DNA of 45,164 bases from Actinomycetes bacterium (GCA_021810705.1 JAJZID010000001.1:1-45164); one strand, 5' to 3'. Shown: positions 27,801 through 37,978, counted from the stretch's first letter. Numbers and translations are program-made. The notes: a model not told the origin generated them from the letters alone.

Positions 27801-28214
27801 GCCTCAGGCATCGGGTGAAGCTTCGTCATTGCGGAAGCGCGTCGGTCTGAAGCTGGACGGCTGTCCCTGCACGCGCCGGACGTTTGTTCTACTGAGCGCA
27901 GGCGGAGCCGTGCTCGGTCCGATCTGGACCATCGGAGCACGCGACGGTGGCGAAGATTGGACAGGCGGCCAGTGTCCCCTCGAGCCCGGGCGGTCAGCAT
28001 GTGTCCATGACCACAACACCGAACAAATCAAGGCTCATACTGGTTTACGGCGGTCGTGCCAACACGGAGGTGCCGGGCTCGATGCCGGTGCGTCGCTACC
28101 GTCTGGCGCGCGTCAGCTCCGGCCGGGACGAGTATTCGGCCAAGTCGCCGGCCGGGTACCGCGACCGCAACCGGTAGTCACACGCTGCGGCGCGTGTAGC
28201 GCTACGCTTGACAT

Positions 28215-28406
28215 ATGGCCCGCCAGCTTGAGCGCACCCGCAGCGGCCATCCGGTTTTGCGAAAGGCCGCGGCGACGCTGATTGTCGTGGCCGCAGCGGT
28301 GCTCGTGTTTCACGTGATCGCTGGGTTGGTGGTGGCCGTTTTCTGGGTTGTTGCCGTGATCGCGGTCATCGTCGCGGTGATCTGGGCCGCCAAAGAGCTG
28401 CTCTGA
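28215..28406 (+). CDS. Small two-TM membrane protein
   Basis: 63 aa, hydrophobic; TACGCT 6 nt upstream of the ATG. Confidence 0.7.
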   Translation: MARQLERTRSGHPVLRKAAATLIVVAAAVLVFHVIAGLVVAVFWVVAVIAVIVAVIWAAKELL

Positions 28407-28416
28407 GGGTCAGGCC

Positions 28417-28725
28417 GTGGACACATACGGGTTTGGCCTCATCGTCATCCTTTTTTTCTTTGGCCTGGCGGGCGGCTATGTCGGCAAGGTCAAGGGCAGT
28501 TCGTTCACGATCTGGTTTCTGGTTTCGTTCTGCGTCCCGTTCATCGGGCTGCTGACGGCCGTGCTCTACCGCTATGAGAACCAGGAGCTGCGCCGGCAAT
28601 GCCCGCGCTGTCACAAGGTCGTAAAGCTCTACGACGCCGTCTGCGTGCGCTGCGGGTACGAGCTCGAGTTTCCTGAGGTCGCGATCGCGCCTGAGGCGCA
28701 GCTTCGCAACGGCGTCGCCCGCTGA
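28417..28725 (+). CDS. Small membrane protein with zinc-ribbon
   Basis: Two TM segments, then CPRC...CVRCG. Confidence 0.75.
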   Translation: MDTYGFGLIVILFFFGLAGGYVGKVKGSSFTIWFLVSFCVPFIGLLTAVLYRYENQELRRQCPRCHKVVKLYDAVCVRCGYELEFPEVAIAPEAQLRNGVAR

Positions 28726-28839
28726 GGAACCGGGTCTGGCGCTCGTCTGGGCAACGTTGCGCCAGGCAATAGACTGAAACGCACCAACAGGCGCGGAGCG
28801 GCCGCGCCATTAGCGAGTTCTGGAAAGGAGGCGAGCGCT

Positions 28840-30510
28840 ATGCGTGCAGTCGACGCACTGATGGAATGTCTCAAGGCAGAGGGTGTCGAGGTCGTATTCG
28901 GCCTGCCCGGCGGCGCGAACCTCCCCACCTACGACGCCTTCTACGACGCCGGTATCCGGCACATTCTCGTGCGCCACGAAGCGGGCGGGGGCCACGCCGC
29001 CGAGGGGTACGCGAAGGCCACCGGCAAGGTTGGCGTGGCGCTCGGCACGAGCGGCCCTGGGGCGACCAACTTGGTCACGCCGATCTGTGACGCGATGATG
29101 GACTCGGTCCCCGTCGTGTTTCTGACCGGACAGGTCCGCACCGAGCTGCTCGGCACAGACGGCTTTCAGGAGGCGGACACGATCGGCATCACGATGCCGA
29201 TCGTCAAGCACAGCATGATGATCCAACACCCGCTGGAGCTGCCACGCGCGATCCACGAGGCGTTCCACATCGCCCGGACCGGTCGGCCCGGGCCGGTGGT
29301 CGTTGACATCCCAACCGACCTCAGCCGGGCCGACATCCCCTACGAGCCGATCACCGACGTGCACCTGCCCGGCTACCAGCCGACCACGGACGGCAACCAG
29401 AAGCAGATCCGACTGGCGGCCAAGGCGCTTGCCAACGCCCGCAGGCCCGTGATCTATGCAGGCGGGGGCGCGGTGGGCGCAGCCGCCGAGCTGCGTGAGC
29501 TGGCGACATCAGACAGGCTGCCGGTGACCTGCACGGTCATGGGGCTCGGCAGCTTCCCGGCAAGCCATCCGCAGTGGCTTGGGATGCTCGGCATGCACGG
29601 CACGCGCACCGCCAACTACGCGATGGATGAGGCGGACCTGATCGTGGCTATCGGCGCGCGCTTTGACGACCGCGTGACCGCGAAGCTCTCGGAGTTTGCG
29701 CCGCACGCGAAGTTCATTCACATCGACATCGACCCGGCCGAGATCTCAAAGAACGTGCCGGCGCACATCCCAATCGTCGGCTATGCGTCGAACATCCTGC
29801 CGCGGCTCACGACCGAGTACCGCGCGCTCAAGCCGGATCCTGCTCGGCTCGAAGAGTGGTGGCATCGGATCGAATCCTGGCGCGCGCGCTACCCGCTTGC
29901 CTACAGCGACAGTGACGACTCCGAGATCAAGCCGCAGTACATGGTTCAGGCGCTCTTTGAGGCGACTGAGGGCAATGCGATCGTCGCAAGCGATGTCGGC
30001 CAGCACCAGATGTGGGCGGCACAGCACTACCACTTTGACCGTCCTCGGCAGTGGATCAACTCGGGCGGCCTTGGCACCATGGGCTTTGGCCTGCCGGCGG
30101 CGATGGGCGCCAAGGTCGGAAGGCCTGAGGAGACGGTGGTGTGCATCACCGGCGACGGCTCTTTTCAGATGAACACCCAGGAGCTTGCGACCTGCGCGCA
30201 GAACGGCATAGACGTCAAGGTGTTCGTCATGAACAACGGCTATCTCGGCATGGTGCGCCAGTGGCAGGAGCTCTTCTGGGACCGCCGCTACAGCCAGGTT
30301 CACACCGGTCAGTACCCGGACTTCGTTAAGCTGGCCGAGGCCTACGGCGCGACCGGCGTGCGTCTGACTGACAAGCACACGCTCGTTGAGGGCATGCGCC
30401 AGGCACTGGCCACAGACGGCCCGGTGGTCGTTGATGTCCGGGTCTCCGCCGAGGAGAACGTGTACCCGATGATCGCGCCCGGACAGGCCGCGCGCGACAT
30501 GGTGGGCTGA
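28840..30510 (+). CDS. ilvB: Acetolactate synthase large subunit
   Basis: FGLPGG, RHEAGG, TSGPGATN, MLGMHG, RFDDRVT, DVGQHQMW, GDGSFQM..NNGYLGMVRQWQ; SD AAGGAGG. Confidence 0.97.
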   Translation: MRAVDALMECLKAEGVEVVFGLPGGANLPTYDAFYDAGIRHILVRHEAGGGHAAEGYAKATGKVGVALGTSGPGATNLVTPICDAMMDSVPVVFLTGQVRTELLGTDGFQEADTIGITMPIVKHSMMIQHPLELPRAIHEAFHIARTGRPGPVVVDIPTDLSRADIPYEPITDVHLPGYQPTTDGNQKQIRLAAKALANARRPVIYAGGGAVGAAAELRELATSDRLPVTCTVMGLGSFPASHPQWLGMLGMHGTRTANYAMDEADLIVAIGARFDDRVTAKLSEFAPHAKFIHIDIDPAEISKNVPAHIPIVGYASNILPRLTTEYRALKPDPARLEEWWHRIESWRARYPLAYSDSDDSEIKPQYMVQALFEATEGNAIVASDVGQHQMWAAQHYHFDRPRQWINSGGLGTMGFGLPAAMGAKVGRPEETVVCITGDGSFQMNTQELATCAQNGIDVKVFVMNNGYLGMVRQWQELFWDRRYSQVHTGQYPDFVKLAEAYGATGVRLTDKHTLVEGMRQALATDGPVVVDVRVSAEENVYPMIAPGQAARDMVG

Positions 30511-30519
30511 GGGAGGCGA

Positions 30520-31080
30520 GTGATGGGCGAACCAGGAACCAAGGAGCTTCTCTCGCTCGAGGAGCTGGAGGCGGCAGGCAGCTTCCGCACAGGCCGCAAA
30601 CACATCCTCTCGATCCTCGTCGAGAATAAGCCCGGCGCGCTCACCCGCATCACCGGCCTGTTCGCGCGGCGGGGCTTCAACATCGACACGCTTGCGGTGG
30701 GGCCCACGGACGACGAGACGATCTCCCGCATCACGCTCACGCTGGACGGCGCGGTGCAGTCGATTGACCAGGTCACCAAGCAGCTGCACAAGCTGATCAA
30801 CGTGCTCAAGATCCGCGACCTTGAGCCGACGGAGACGATGGCCCGCGAGCTCGCGCTGTTCAAGATCTCCGCCGATGGTGGGAGCCGCGCCGAGGTGATG
30901 CAGGTGTGTGAGATCTTCCGCGCCAAGATCGTCGATGTGAGCAAGCGCACGCTGGTCGCCGAGGTCACCGGCACCCAGGAGAAGATCGACGCGTTTGAGC
31001 GGCTGGTGCGACCCTTCGGGCTCGTGGAAATGGCACGAACCGGGGAGATCGCGATAGCTCGCGGCCGGGCGGAGACCTGA
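30520..31080 (+). CDS. ilvN: Acetolactate synthase small (regulatory) subunit
   Basis: VENKPGAL, LFARRGFNI, KQLHKLI, ARTG; start may be ATG 30523. Confidence 0.95.
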   Translation: MMGEPGTKELLSLEELEAAGSFRTGRKHILSILVENKPGALTRITGLFARRGFNIDTLAVGPTDDETISRITLTLDGAVQSIDQVTKQLHKLINVLKIRDLEPTETMARELALFKISADGGSRAEVMQVCEIFRAKIVDVSKRTLVAEVTGTQEKIDAFERLVRPFGLVEMARTGEIAIARGRAET

Positions 31081-32510
31081 CGCTCACGCACGCGACAGCC
31101 GAGTGGCTATCGGCGGGGGCGCAGGCGCGCCTGCGCTCACGCGTTCGCACCGCTGCCCGCCGCGCCAAGCCAGGCTCGCCGATCGTCGTCAGCGTCAGCG
31201 AAGCGCTGACCGGAGAGCACGACCCGGCGGCGATCGTGCTCTCAAGCCGAGTCGGGCACGAACGCTGGTATGTGCTCGAGCAACCAGCCCGAGCGAGCAC
31301 CGCCCACGCCGGCTTGGGCGCCGCGCTCAGGCTTGACGCTGACGGTCCCGAACGCTTCCGTGAGCTCGAGCGTCGCTGGATGGCCCTTGCCGAGCGGGCG
31401 CTCAGCGACGCGGGCGGCGATCCGCCTGGCTCCGGCCTCGTCGCCTACGCCGGCTTCGCGTTCGCTGAGGATGGCGGCTCAAGCCCGGCATGGCAGGGCT
31501 TTGGGCCAGGCTCGCTGACCGTTCCGGCGTTGTGGTTCGCACGCCGTGGTCAGAGCACCTGGATCACCTGCAACGTTGCGGTCCACAGTCGCGACGCAGA
31601 CCCCGACGCCGTCCTCAGCGAAGTGCAGGACCTGCTTACAGGCCTGCGCGAACAGCCACTACCCATGCTCGACCCCGCGCCGGTGGGGCGTTTTACGGTC
31701 CACAGCCCAATGCCGCCAGCGCACTACGAGGAGGCCGTCCGCAGCGCCGTCAGGCGCATCCGTGCGGGTGAGCTCCAGAAGATCGTGTTGGCGCGGGAGG
31801 TCCAGGTCCAGGCGCCGGCGGCGCACGATCCGGCAGCGGTCCTTGATGTGCTGCGCCACGGTTTTCCAGAGTGCTTTGTATACGCCGTCGGCCGTGGCGA
31901 GGCGACCTTCATCGGCGCGACCCCCGAGCTGCTGGTGCGCCGCGAGGGCATGCGCGCAAGCACCGTGGCGCTGGCTGGCTCGACGCGCCGCAGTTCGGAC
32001 CCGGCGGTTGACGACCATCTGGGGGAGAGCCTGCTGCGCAGCGACAAGAACCGTCACGAGAACCTGCTGGTCGCCGAGCGGATCGCACGCGAGCTCGCCC
32101 CGTATGCGGTTTGGGTTACGGCCGCGCCGGAGCCGGTGCTCGTGCGGGTCGCAAACATCCAGCACCTAGCTGCGCCGATCCGTGCGCAGCTGCGCAGGGC
32201 GGTCGGAGTGCTCACGCTGGCCGGAGCCCTGCACCCCACACCCGCTGTGGGCGGCGAGCCCGGTTCAGCGGCGCGGGAGCTGATTCCGGCGCTTGAGGGT
32301 CTTGACCGCGGCTGGTATGCAGGCACGCTGGGCTGGGTCGACACCGCAGGTGACGGAGAGTTCTGCGTCACCTTGCGCTGTGCGCTGCTGCGCGGCAAGG
32401 ATGCATCCTGCTACGCCGGCTGCGGCATAGTTGCCGACTCTGACCCGGCCGCCGAGCTCGAGGAGACCGAGATCAAGCTGCAGGCGCTGCTGCCGGTGCT
32501 GTCAGGATGA
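31077..32510 (+). CDS. menF: Isochorismate synthase (start uncertain: CTG 31077 or GTG 31236)
   Basis: KIVLAR, GATPELLV, LAGS, KNRHE, IQHL, LHPTPAVGG, DRGWYAG, AGCGIV, ETEIK. Confidence 0.9.
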   Translation: MTLTHATAEWLSAGAQARLRSRVRTAARRAKPGSPIVVSVSEALTGEHDPAAIVLSSRVGHERWYVLEQPARASTAHAGLGAALRLDADGPERFRELERRWMALAERALSDAGGDPPGSGLVAYAGFAFAEDGGSSPAWQGFGPGSLTVPALWFARRGQSTWITCNVAVHSRDADPDAVLSEVQDLLTGLREQPLPMLDPAPVGRFTVHSPMPPAHYEEAVRSAVRRIRAGELQKIVLAREVQVQAPAAHDPAAVLDVLRHGFPECFVYAVGRGEATFIGATPELLVRREGMRASTVALAGSTRRSSDPAVDDHLGESLLRSDKNRHENLLVAERIARELAPYAVWVTAAPEPVLVRVANIQHLAAPIRAQLRRAVGVLTLAGALHPTPAVGGEPGSAARELIPALEGLDRGWYAGTLGWVDTAGDGEFCVTLRCALLRGKDASCYAGCGIVADSDPAAELEETEIKLQALLPVLSG

Positions 32511-32573
32511 GGGCACGCGGCCTGGGAGGGCGAGCGAGCGCGTGTGAGAAGCCGTTTCGCAGACCGTCGGCTC

Positions 32574-34355
32574 TTATGGTTTCAGTTCGGTTCCTAGCCG
32601 GGGTAGTGACAGCAATGCGGCGGTCTGGACATCTGCGTGTAGCTGTCGGTTTGCGGCACGGTTGGTCCGTATCTCGAGGATGGTGCTGGTTGTTCCGTGT
32701 ACGGAGTCGAGCAGCGCCTGTGTGAACTCATCACCACTCCTCACTCGAGAGTGCTTCACGCCGTAGAGCTGGGCCGCCGTTGAGAAGTCGAGGCCGGTGG
32801 GGGTGGCGATGTGGTGGGCGAAGGCTTCGCCCTCCGATGAGACGGGCAGGAAGTCGAAGATACCGCCGCCTGAGTTGTTGAGCAGCACGATTGTGATTTT
32901 GAGGCCGAGGCGTGAGGCGGCGAGCAGGCCACTCATGTCGTGTGCGAGCGTCACATCGCCGAGCAGAAGGACGACCTCGGCGCCCGTTGCGGCGACGCCA
33001 AGCGCGGTCGAGACGGTGCCGTCGATGCCGTTGGCGCCCCGGTTTGCCAGCACGCGCAGCGGCTGGTTTAGTGCGGGAAAGAACTCCTCGACATCACGGA
33101 TCGGCATCGACGCCCCGACGACCAGCGTGACGTCCGGTGGCAGCAGCTGGGCGAGTGCTGTGACGGCGGCCGGTTCGCTCAGCCCGGCGTCGCGCAGTGG
33201 CGCGGCGATCGCGTGCGCGACGGCGCTATCGGCTGTGGTCCATTGCTTGAGCCAGCCGCTGTCGTTGAAGCTAGTGCTGTTGGCGTAGATGTTCTCGAGC
33301 ATGTCAAGCAGCTGGTTCGTGGCGCCGATGATCCGCTCGCTCACTCGTGCTGCCGGGTCGCTCCAGCGCTCATCGGGCGCCAGAAGAATGTGCTGTGCCG
33401 TGTCCGCCGCTGCGACCCAGTTGCGCAGCGGTTTCGAGGTCGGTAGCTCACCGATCCGCCAGATCACCTCCGGGGTCAGGGCTGCCGCCGTGCCAGGTTC
33501 GCGCAGGATCAGGTCGTAGTGGGCGATCGCCGCGCTGCCGCTGCGCGCACCCGACAGCGGATCTGCCAGCAGCGGCACCCCAGCCCGGGCCGCAAGCGCG
33601 GCGAGCCGCAGGCCCTGCGCACGCCAGTCAGCTTCGCTACGGGCGCCGCCAAGCTCACCGGCAATGATCACAGCCCGCTTGCCGGCCAGCTCAGGTTCAC
33701 CGACCACCTCCGGCAGGTCAGTGGCCAGTCGGCCTGCGTGAGACCGGATGACCCACGGGCGGCCACCGGCACGTCCGCCCGCACGCAGCTCATCAACGCC
33801 CAGCGGCTCTCTCAGCACCAGCGGCTCGCGCAACGGGATGTTGATGTGCACCGGACCGGGACGGTCGCCAAGCGCCGTCCAATGCGCACGACATGCCAGC
33901 GAGCGAACCCAGCGCAAACGCTCCTCGCTGGCCTCCGGCACGCCCAGCTCACAAAACCACTTCACATTGTCGCCATAGAGCTTGAGCTGATCGATCGTCT
34001 GGCCGGCACCGACATCCCTGAGCTCCGGTGGCCGGTCGGCGGTCAGGATGATGAGCGGCACCGCCGCGTAACGCGCCTCCACAACCGCGGGCATCAGGTT
34101 CGCAGCCGCCGTGCCCGACGTGCACGTGACCGCAACCGGCCTGCCCGAAGCCTTCGCCACCCCGAGCGCAAAGAAGCCGCTTGCACGCTCGTCAATGTGC
34201 GACCACGCCTGCAGTCGCTCATCACGGGCGATCGACAGCACGATCGGCGTGTTACGCGACCCGGGCGAGGTGCACGCATGCTGCATACCGCAACGCACAA
34301 GCTCATCAAGCAGCGCGCCGATCACCAGATAGCTGTCTTTGGCGGTCGTGGTCAT
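32574..34355 (-). CDS. menD: SEPHCHC synthase
   Basis: Start MTTTAKD at 34355; SPGSRNTP, DERASGF, TSGTA, TADRPPEL, SMPIRD, NRGANGIDG, GD...HD, NNSGGGIF. Confidence 0.95.
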   Translation of the reverse strand: MTTTAKDSYLVIGALLDELVRCGMQHACTSPGSRNTPIVLSIARDERLQAWSHIDERASGFFALGVAKASGRPVAVTCTSGTAAANLMPAVVEARYAAVPLIILTADRPPELRDVGAGQTIDQLKLYGDNVKWFCELGVPEASEERLRWVRSLACRAHWTALGDRPGPVHINIPLREPLVLREPLGVDELRAGGRAGGRPWVIRSHAGRLATDLPEVVGEPELAGKRAVIIAGELGGARSEADWRAQGLRLAALAARAGVPLLADPLSGARSGSAAIAHYDLILREPGTAAALTPEVIWRIGELPTSKPLRNWVAAADTAQHILLAPDERWSDPAARVSERIIGATNQLLDMLENIYANSTSFNDSGWLKQWTTADSAVAHAIAAPLRDAGLSEPAAVTALAQLLPPDVTLVVGASMPIRDVEEFFPALNQPLRVLANRGANGIDGTVSTALGVAATGAEVVLLLGDVTLAHDMSGLLAASRLGLKITIVLLNNSGGGIFDFLPVSSEGEAFAHHIATPTGLDFSTAAQLYGVKHSRVRSGDEFTQALLDSVHGTTSTILEIRTNRAANRQLHADVQTAALLSLPRLGTELKP

Positions 34356-34367
34356 GATGAAAGGATG
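34353..34367. promoter_or_regulatory. Putative interlocked leaderless bidirectional promoter between menD and menH
   Basis: CATGATGAAAGGATG: each start codon has a CANNNT hexamer 6 nt upstream. Confidence 0.45.
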
Positions 34368-35090
34368 AACCAGACACCGGTTGCCGTGCTGCTGCACGGC
34401 TTCACCAACAGCGGTGCAAGCTGGCAGCCGGTTGTCGAGGCGCTTGGCCAACGGTACCGCGCGATCACACCGGACATCCGCGGCCACGCATCCAACACCG
34501 CCGCATGGCCGATCACGCTCGAGGCGGTGATCGCCGATATCACGGCACTGACCAGCGAGGACTTCACACTCGCCGGCTACTCACAGGGCGGCAGAATCGC
34601 ACTGCATATCGCCCTTGCGCTGCCCCAGCGTATCCGACGGCTGGTGCTGATCGGCGCAAGCCCGGGCATCGCCGATGACGCCGGGCGCGCCGCAAGGCGA
34701 CTCGCGGACGAGCGCCTGGCCGAACGGATCGAGCGGCTCACGATCGAGCAGTTCGCGCGCGAGTGGGCCCAGACACCGGTGCTTGCGGACGCCCCGGCCA
34801 GCGTGGCGCTGGCAGCTTACCAGGACCGGCTGCGCAGCACACCGAAGGGGCTTGCCGCTGCGCTGCGTGGTCTCGGGACCGGGGCCGTGCCGCCGCTGTG
34901 GGAGCGGCTGGGAGAGCTGACGATCCCGGTCACGCTGCTAGCCGGAGCCCGTGACACGAAGTTCACCGCGCTCGCACGCGAGATGGCGAGCCTGATCCCC
35001 TGTGCGGACGTCCGGATCGTTGCCGATGCAGGGCATGCTGTGCACCTGGAACGGCCGGACGCCGTCGCCCAGGCGTTGCTTGAAGGTTGA
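34365..35090 (+). CDS. menH: SHCHC synthase (alpha/beta hydrolase)
   Basis: Start MNQTP at 34365; LLHGFT, GYSQGGR, ASPG, DTKF, AGHAVHLE. Confidence 0.9.
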   Translation: MNQTPVAVLLHGFTNSGASWQPVVEALGQRYRAITPDIRGHASNTAAWPITLEAVIADITALTSEDFTLAGYSQGGRIALHIALALPQRIRRLVLIGASPGIADDAGRAARRLADERLAERIERLTIEQFAREWAQTPVLADAPASVALAAYQDRLRSTPKGLAAALRGLGTGAVPPLWERLGELTIPVTLLAGARDTKFTALAREMASLIPCADVRIVADAGHAVHLERPDAVAQALLEG

Positions 35091-35143
35091 GCGCTCAGCC
35101 GGCAGGTCGCCGGCCCATGCGCTGGGGCCGGTCGATCGGCCGC

Positions 35144-36196
35144 TCAATACCAGTCCAACAGCCCATCGCCGAGCCCCGGGCCGGCTGGCGCCAGTATCAG
35201 CCCGTCGACCGGTTGGAGTTCCGCCGGGACGGGTCGGTCCAAGCGTCCCAGCGTCGCTAGACCGCAGTGGCGATCCGGCCGGACGACGTCGGCGGCGTGC
35301 AGCGCTGCTGCGATCCCGAGCGGGCCGTCGAGGGTCGAGGCGATATAGACCTCGTAGCCGAGCTCCCGCGCGCGCGCCGCATCGGCGATCAGGCCGCTGA
35401 TGCCGCCGCTAGCTGAGACCTTCAGGCACAGGGCGGTGCAGAGCTGGCGGGCGCCGTCCGCCAGGGCGGCGCCCGCACTCTCGTCCAGGGAGACGGCAAC
35501 GTCCGGCAGCGCTTTCGTGAGCGCCTCGGTCGCCGCAAGGCCGTGTACCGGCTCCTCGAAGAGCTCAATGTCGAAGCGGGCGAGCGCGCGGAGCCGCTCG
35601 GGCGCGGTGAGGCGGTCCCAAGAGCCGTTTGCGTCGGCGCGGATCAACATCTCCGGCCCTACGGCGTCGCGCACGGCCTTGAGGCGCTGGCGGTCGTCAG
35701 GCGTGCCGACCTTGACCTTCAGCGCCGCAAAGCCGGCATGTTGGGCTGAGGCGGCCTCGGCGGCCGCCTCAGCCGGTGCGACCGCACCGATCGTCGCGTT
35801 CAGCGCAATCGGCGGTGGGTCTCTGACGCCGAGCAGCTCGTGGATACTCGAGCCGGTGCGGCGGCCGATGAGGTCCCAGAGCGCCATGTCCACCGCCGCC
35901 AGCGCCTGCGGCAGCGGGTCGGCTGTCACGCAGGCCGCGACCGCCTCGCGCAGCCCGGCCACATGCGTGGGCTCAGGCAGTTCCGTGAGCACCGCCCGGT
36001 GGCGGTCGAGCGCGGCCAGTGCCCGTTCGACGCTGATCCCGTCGTAGGACTCAAGCGGCGCGGCTTCGCCGTGACCCACAAGGCCGTCGGGCGCTTTGAG
36101 GCAGAGCAGGATGAGCGGGCGAAGCTGCGGCGAGCCCGCCGCCGGTCGCAGAGGATCGCTCAGGCGGACGTTGATCAGCCTGGTGGTCGCGATCAT
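35144..36196 (-). CDS. menC: o-succinylbenzoate synthase (enolase superfamily)
   Basis: GEAAPL, KVKVG, DANG, EEP, LDES, CGLAT; ATG 36196 overlaps the menA stop. Confidence 0.85.
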   Translation of the reverse strand: MIATTRLINVRLSDPLRPAAGSPQLRPLILLCLKAPDGLVGHGEAAPLESYDGISVERALAALDRHRAVLTELPEPTHVAGLREAVAACVTADPLPQALAAVDMALWDLIGRRTGSSIHELLGVRDPPPIALNATIGAVAPAEAAAEAASAQHAGFAALKVKVGTPDDRQRLKAVRDAVGPEMLIRADANGSWDRLTAPERLRALARFDIELFEEPVHGLAATEALTKALPDVAVSLDESAGAALADGARQLCTALCLKVSASGGISGLIADAARARELGYEVYIASTLDGPLGIAAALHAADVVRPDRHCGLATLGRLDRPVPAELQPVDGLILAPAGPGLGDGLLDWY

Positions 36197-37092
36197 CTGC
36201 TGAGCAGCAGGCCGGCGGCCAGCAGGACGCAAAAGCCAAGCTGCAGCTGGCCGGTTCGAGCCAGCGCCCCGTTCAGCGTCGGTCCGTCGGTGTGCCTGGA
36301 GACGACTCCGATCAGCCGCCCAGCCAGCGGCAGAGTCGCGAGTGGCAGGAGCAGCCAGGCGCGCAGCGGGCCGAGCAGCCAGGGCAGCAGCGCGACCGGG
36401 TAGGCGCAGATCAGCATCGCCGCATACATCGTCCGGGCACGCTCACGCCCCAAGCGGACCGCCAGCGTGCGTTTGCTGGCGCGCCTGTCGGTGTCGAGGT
36501 CGCGCACGTTGTTGACCACCAGCACGGCTGCGGCGATCAGCCCCACCGGAACCGAGAGCACGAGTGACTCCCAGCTGAAGTGCCGGACCTGCGCGAAGTA
36601 GGAGCCGGCAACGGCCGCTACCCCGAAGAACAGAAAGACGAACACCTCGCCGAGCCCCTCGTAGCCGTAGGGCCGCGGGCCACCCGTGTAGAGCACCCCG
36701 GCGATGATCGACGCCACCCCGATCAGCAGGATCTGCCAGCCGGCAACGGCGATCAGATATACGCCGCAGAGGACCGCGATCCCGAAGGTGATGTAGGTCG
36801 CGATCAGCACCTGGCGGGGCGGGACCAGTCCGCCGGCGGTCACGCGCACAGGCCCAAGGCGCTCCTCGGTGTCGGCGCCGCGGTGTGCGTCGGAGTAGTC
36901 GTTTGAGAGGTTCGCGCCGATCTGGATGAAGACCGCGCCCAGCACGGCGGCGACGAACCGCAGCGGATGGAAGACACCGAGAAACCCGGCGAGCGCGGTT
37001 CCCACCAGCACCGGCGCGACGCCGAGCGGCAGCGTCCGTGGCCGGGCCGCCATCACCCAGATGCGCACCGGCCCTGTGGTTGTGGTCGGCAT
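36193..37092 (-). CDS. menA: 1,4-dihydroxy-2-naphthoate polyprenyltransferase
   Basis: ARPRTL, NDYSD..RGAD, YTGGP.PYGY.GLGE, NNVRD..D...KRTL. Confidence 0.95.
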   Translation of the reverse strand: MPTTTTGPVRIWVMAARPRTLPLGVAPVLVGTALAGFLGVFHPLRFVAAVLGAVFIQIGANLSNDYSDAHRGADTEERLGPVRVTAGGLVPPRQVLIATYITFGIAVLCGVYLIAVAGWQILLIGVASIIAGVLYTGGPRPYGYEGLGEVFVFLFFGVAAVAGSYFAQVRHFSWESLVLSVPVGLIAAAVLVVNNVRDLDTDRRASKRTLAVRLGRERARTMYAAMLICAYPVALLPWLLGPLRAWLLLPLATLPLAGRLIGVVSRHTDGPTLNGALARTGQLQLGFCVLLAAGLLLSR

Positions 37093-37952
37093 CAGGCGCG
37101 GTGCGGGAACTTGGAGAAGTCCGGACGGCGCTTCTCCAGGTAGGCCTGGCGGCCCTCGGCCGCCTCCTCGCTCATGTAGAAGAGGTAGTTGGCGTCGTGG
37201 GCCAGCTGCTGGATGCCGGCCATGCCGTCCTCCTCGGCGTTGAAGCTTGCCTTGAGCAGCCGCAGGCTCATGGGGGAGAGTTCAAGCATCTCCCTGCACC
37301 AGCGAACCGTCTCGGCCTCGAGCTCGGCGAGCGGCACAACCGCGTTTATGAGCCCCATGTCGAGCGCTTCCTGGGCGCTGTACTGGCGGCAGAGAAACCA
37401 GATCTCCTTGGCCTTCTTGGTGCCGACCAGGCGGGCGAGTGCACTGGCGCCAAAGCCGCCGTCGAAGGAGCCGACGCGCGGGCCGGTCTGGCCGAACCGG
37501 GCGTTGTCAGCGGCGATCGTGAGGTCGCAGACGACATGCAGCACATGACCGCCGCCGACGGCGTAGCCAGCGACCATCGCCAATACCGGCTTTGGCAGAC
37601 GGCGGATCTGGACGTGCAGGTCGGTGACGTGGAAACGCCCGGCGGTCTGGTGTTGGCCCGCCTGCGTGGGGTCCGCGCCGGTCACGTAGCCGCCGCGGCT
37701 GCCGCGCACGCGCTGATCACCGCCGCTTGAGAAGGCAAGCTCGCCCGCGCCAGTGAGGATGATGACGCCGACCGACTCGTCCTCACGCGCGCGGTTGAAG
37801 GCGTCCATCAGCTCGATCACGGTCTCGGGCCGGAAGGCGTTGCGCACCTCGGGGCGGTTGATCGTGATCTTCGCGATCCCCGCGTCCTCGCCGGTCGCAA
37901 GCTCGTAGCGAATGTCCACGTAGTCGGCGGCTTTCTCCCAGGTGGTGCTCAC
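37092..37952 (-). CDS. menB: 1,4-dihydroxy-2-naphthoyl-CoA synthase
   Basis: [42 protein letters not shown]. Confidence 0.97.
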   Translation of the reverse strand: MSTTWEKAADYVDIRYELATGEDAGIAKITINRPEVRNAFRPETVIELMDAFNRAREDESVGVIILTGAGELAFSSGGDQRVRGSRGGYVTGADPTQAGQHQTAGRFHVTDLHVQIRRLPKPVLAMVAGYAVGGGHVLHVVCDLTIAADNARFGQTGPRVGSFDGGFGASALARLVGTKKAKEIWFLCRQYSAQEALDMGLINAVVPLAELEAETVRWCREMLELSPMSLRLLKASFNAEEDGMAGIQQLAHDANYLFYMSEEAAEGRQAYLEKRRPDFSKFPHRA

Positions 37953-37960
37953 GGCGACTC

Positions 37961-37970
37961 AGACTACCGT
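37961..37970. promoter_or_regulatory. Putative bidirectional -10 elements sharing a TA (AGAC-TA-CCGT)
   Basis: TAGTCT 8 nt before the menB GTG and TACCGT 8 nt before the menE ATG; no SD in the 26-bp gap. Confidence 0.6.
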
Positions 37971-37978
37971 TTGCGGGC

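Noticed and set aside
27801-28200. Possible c-di-AMP riboswitch or small gene upstream of the secreted protein
   Set aside because: Conserved ydaO motifs not found; the ORFs are unconvincing
28726-28839. ilvB leader-peptide attenuator
   Set aside because: No Ile/Leu/Val-rich short ORF or terminator visible
33519-34364. Long N-terminal extension of MenH (523-aa ORF)
   Set aside because: Antisense to menD; the hydrolase fold begins at 34365
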